Positions 62,960 to 64,000 of a stretch of DNA of 64,000 nt are shown here, piece after piece. The notes under the pieces were generated by a model. The model saw only the letters and a list, made by a program, of their open reading frames with translations, ran no database searches and was not told where the DNA came from. A program made the translations under genes and the position numbers. The DNA is taken from contig NC_086097.1 of assembly GCF_963921235.1 (NCBI RefSeq), forward strand, positions 253,458,001-253,522,000, read 5' to 3'. The first letter of the stretch is position 1, and every line of letters starts with the position of its first letter. This DNA is from Mobula hypostoma. Taxonomy: Eukaryota.

Positions 62960-64000
62960 ATGATCCACACCAGTGCAGTATGAAAAGAGCTACTTTTTAA
63001 TCAGGGTGGTGGTTGAGATTTTGAAGTCAGAGTTTCGCAGCAGTTTTTCTGATTTGAGGAGCGACCAATCAGCAAGTGGCATTGCGTAAAAAGAGCGACC
63101 ATTCAGTCAGATCTGCATTCAAGATTTAAAAGGCAGAGCTTCGAGCCAGTTTTCTCTGAGTTGGACAATCCACACCAGGGGTACATTTTAATCAAGGCAC
63201 CAATCAAGATTTCTAAAGAGGAGCTTCGTGGCAGGTATCCTGATTTGAGGAGTGACTAATCAGCAAGAGGGATTCATTAGAAAGGGCCAATAAGAATAAT
63301 TCAAGTTCAAGTGGAGCGGCCGTTCATTTGGAGTGTGCCAGGCTTTAGAGTGGCTTGGCTCATCAAGCTTGGCTGGGGTAAACTGTCTTGTAAGTTGCGC
63401 TCTCCTCTTCGTGTTCTTCTTTGTTCATTCCTCATCTGTTTGTGCGTAGTAGTGTAGTGAGAATGGTTCCGGGGCAGTGTTTTGTCCTGGGTGTGGGGTG
63501 TGGGAAGTCTGGGAGACCTCCAGTCTCTTGGAGAAATCCATCTGCGCCAGATGCACCGAGCTGCAGCTTGATGACCTTTGACTCATACGGGAAGATGAGG
63601 AGGTGATGGGAGCTGCAGGGAGGTAGTCACCCCTAGGTTGCAGGAGACAGGTAACTGGGTGACTGTCAGGAGAAGGAGAGGAAATGCACAGCCAGTGCAG
63701 AGTACTTGGTTACAGGAGGGGCAGGACTGGCAGCTTAATGTTCCAGGGTTCCGATGTTTCAGACGTGATGGAGGCAGAGGGGTGAAGGGTGGGGGGGGGC
63801 GGGGGTGGCATTGCCAGTCAGGGAAAATGTTACAGCAGTGCTCAGGCAGGACAGATGAGAGGACTTGTCAACCGAGGCCATATGTGTGGAGCTGAGAAAC
63901 AGGAAAGGTATGGCCACATTAATGGGGTTGTATTATAGACCACCCTATAGTCAGCGAGAATTGGAGGAGCAAATCTGCAGAGAGATAGCAGGCAACTGCA
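62960..64000 (+). mobile_element. CR1 5' region: putative 5' UTR, ORF1 Cys-rich N-terminus, then ORF2 endonuclease (internally deleted; runs off the window)
   Basis: CPGCGVWE...ICARCTELQL, NWVTVRR and TWLQEGQDWQLNVPGFRCFRRD. Confidence 0.75.

Overview
Repeat-dense vertebrate genomic DNA, most likely from a cartilaginous fish (inferred from abundant CR1 LINEs, V-SINE/HE1-type SINEs, and Rex1/Babar, Penelope-like and fish-type L1 elements). Two host genes are on the + strand: the last six coding exons and 3' UTR of PTDSS1 (phosphatidylserine synthase 1; 1547-17375), and the CpG-island promoter and first coding exon of SDC2 (syndecan-2; 56838-56894). This is the same neighbourhood as in human. 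Most of the rest is degenerate mobile DNA: many CR1 fragments, Rex1/Babar, an L1, Tc1 and mariner derivatives, a nested hAT transposon with an 8-bp TSD, a solo LTR, two 42-bp tandem arrays and a tRNA-Ala fragment. The most notable structure is a dispersed family of minimal type I hammerhead ribozyme motifs (about 14 copies, 3 with intact cores). They are carried by Penelope-like element termini and short fold-back derivatives, and one intact-core copy is sense-oriented in SDC2 intron 1. Two candidate PTDSS1 micro-exons were also seen. Family assignments come from recalled motifs, not database searches, and repeat boundaries are approximate unless a TSD or TIR is quoted.
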